64,000 nt of DNA from Tubiluchus corallicola (Eukaryota > Animalia > Priapulida): NCBI GenBank assembly GCA_030141605.1, contig JAQGDQ010000678.1, forward strand, positions 1 through 64,000, written 5' to 3'. Below, in pieces: positions 1 to 64,000 of the stretch (its first letter is position 1; the number at the start of each line of letters is the position of its first letter). The translations under genes were made by a program, and so were the position numbers. The notes below the pieces were generated by a model that was not told the DNA's origin, did no database searches, and saw only the letters and a program-made list of their open reading frames with translations.

Positions 1-205
1 TCCTACATAAAAACTATCGGTAATTGACTCAAAAACGCCTGGAATGGGCCGCTCCTATTCAAATGTATATAAAAACTATCGGTAATTGACTCAAAAATGC
101 CTGGAATGGGCCGCTTCTATTCAAATGTATATAAAAACTATCGGTAATTGACTCAAAAACGCCTGGAATGGGCCGCTTCTATTCAAATGTACATAAAAAC
201 TATAG
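1..205. repeat. 62-bp tandem array (truncated by window edge)
   Basis: aaaaactat(c/a)gg recurs at 9, 71, 133 and 195; unit resembles the interior of the element at 53868-54357. Confidence 0.9.
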
Positions 206-261
206 GTAATTACGTCTGCCCAACAAGATAAGTAATGAAATTGATGCCCAAATGTATTTAC

Positions 262-63467
<63,206 letters not shown>

Positions 63468-64000
63468 CTGAAAATACATCCCACAATTCAGTGAAAGAAT
63501 CTGTCATAATAACAGAGACATATGACACAGAGAAATAGAGGAGTTTGCAGCCGAAATTCGACTCTCAAGTCTCCTCCTGATAACTCCAAAAAACCTGTGT
63601 TTGTATTTTTCGTTTTGTCTTCCCTACTCCTTTCATAACATACTCCTTGCAAAATATTATAACAATACGTATACAAAATTTCTCTCCATTAATACAAACT
63701 ATTTTATGATTATAATTACACTCCTGCAAAAATGAAAATATAATCACCTCTCAAAAAACTAAAACTATAATATGTAAAACCTACTCCCATGACCCTCTTT
63801 CTGCAAACTGTTTTTAGCGCTGTCCTGTTCTTACTGGCCTACCTAACTTTTCCTTTTTCACATTTATTACATATTTCTTTTCTCTCTAGTACAAACTACT
63901 TAAACTAACAAATGCCATGTGCCACTTGCTGGTCGGCCGCTGCTTTGCGATGTACTTCAGTGAAACCTAAAGACATGTGCTCGTACCTAGCATAGCCACT

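Overview
Eukaryotic, AT-rich invertebrate genomic DNA; the linker sequence suggests a lophotrochozoan (inference). The whole window lies inside one giant minus-strand gene of the twitchin/UNC-22/projectin family. I reconstructed 30 GT-AG exons by hand (4,839 nt, about 1,613 codons) that splice in frame throughout; both gene ends lie outside the window. Domain order: end of an Ig domain; a linker with a DFRxxL motif and two PKA-type sites (RRAS and RRTSLADIIPGWP, the latter resembling the bivalve catch-muscle D1 site); 4 Ig; (Ig-Fn3-Fn3)x3; Ig-Fn3. The introns are crowded with non-autonomous DNA transposons (Tigger/pogo-like, Tc2-like, hAT-like, CACT-ended, one Kolobok-like), RTE and CR1/L2-type LINE fragments, a probable solo LTR and about 25 tandem arrays. 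The most interesting signals are a candidate 3-nt microexon plus two in-frame mini-exons in the phospho-linker, MITEs that repeatedly seed minisatellites, a nested insertion into a terminal inverted repeat (TIR), and CTCF-like motifs. I see no prokaryotic-type or clearly novel enzymatic system; most listed ORFs are artefacts of repeats.
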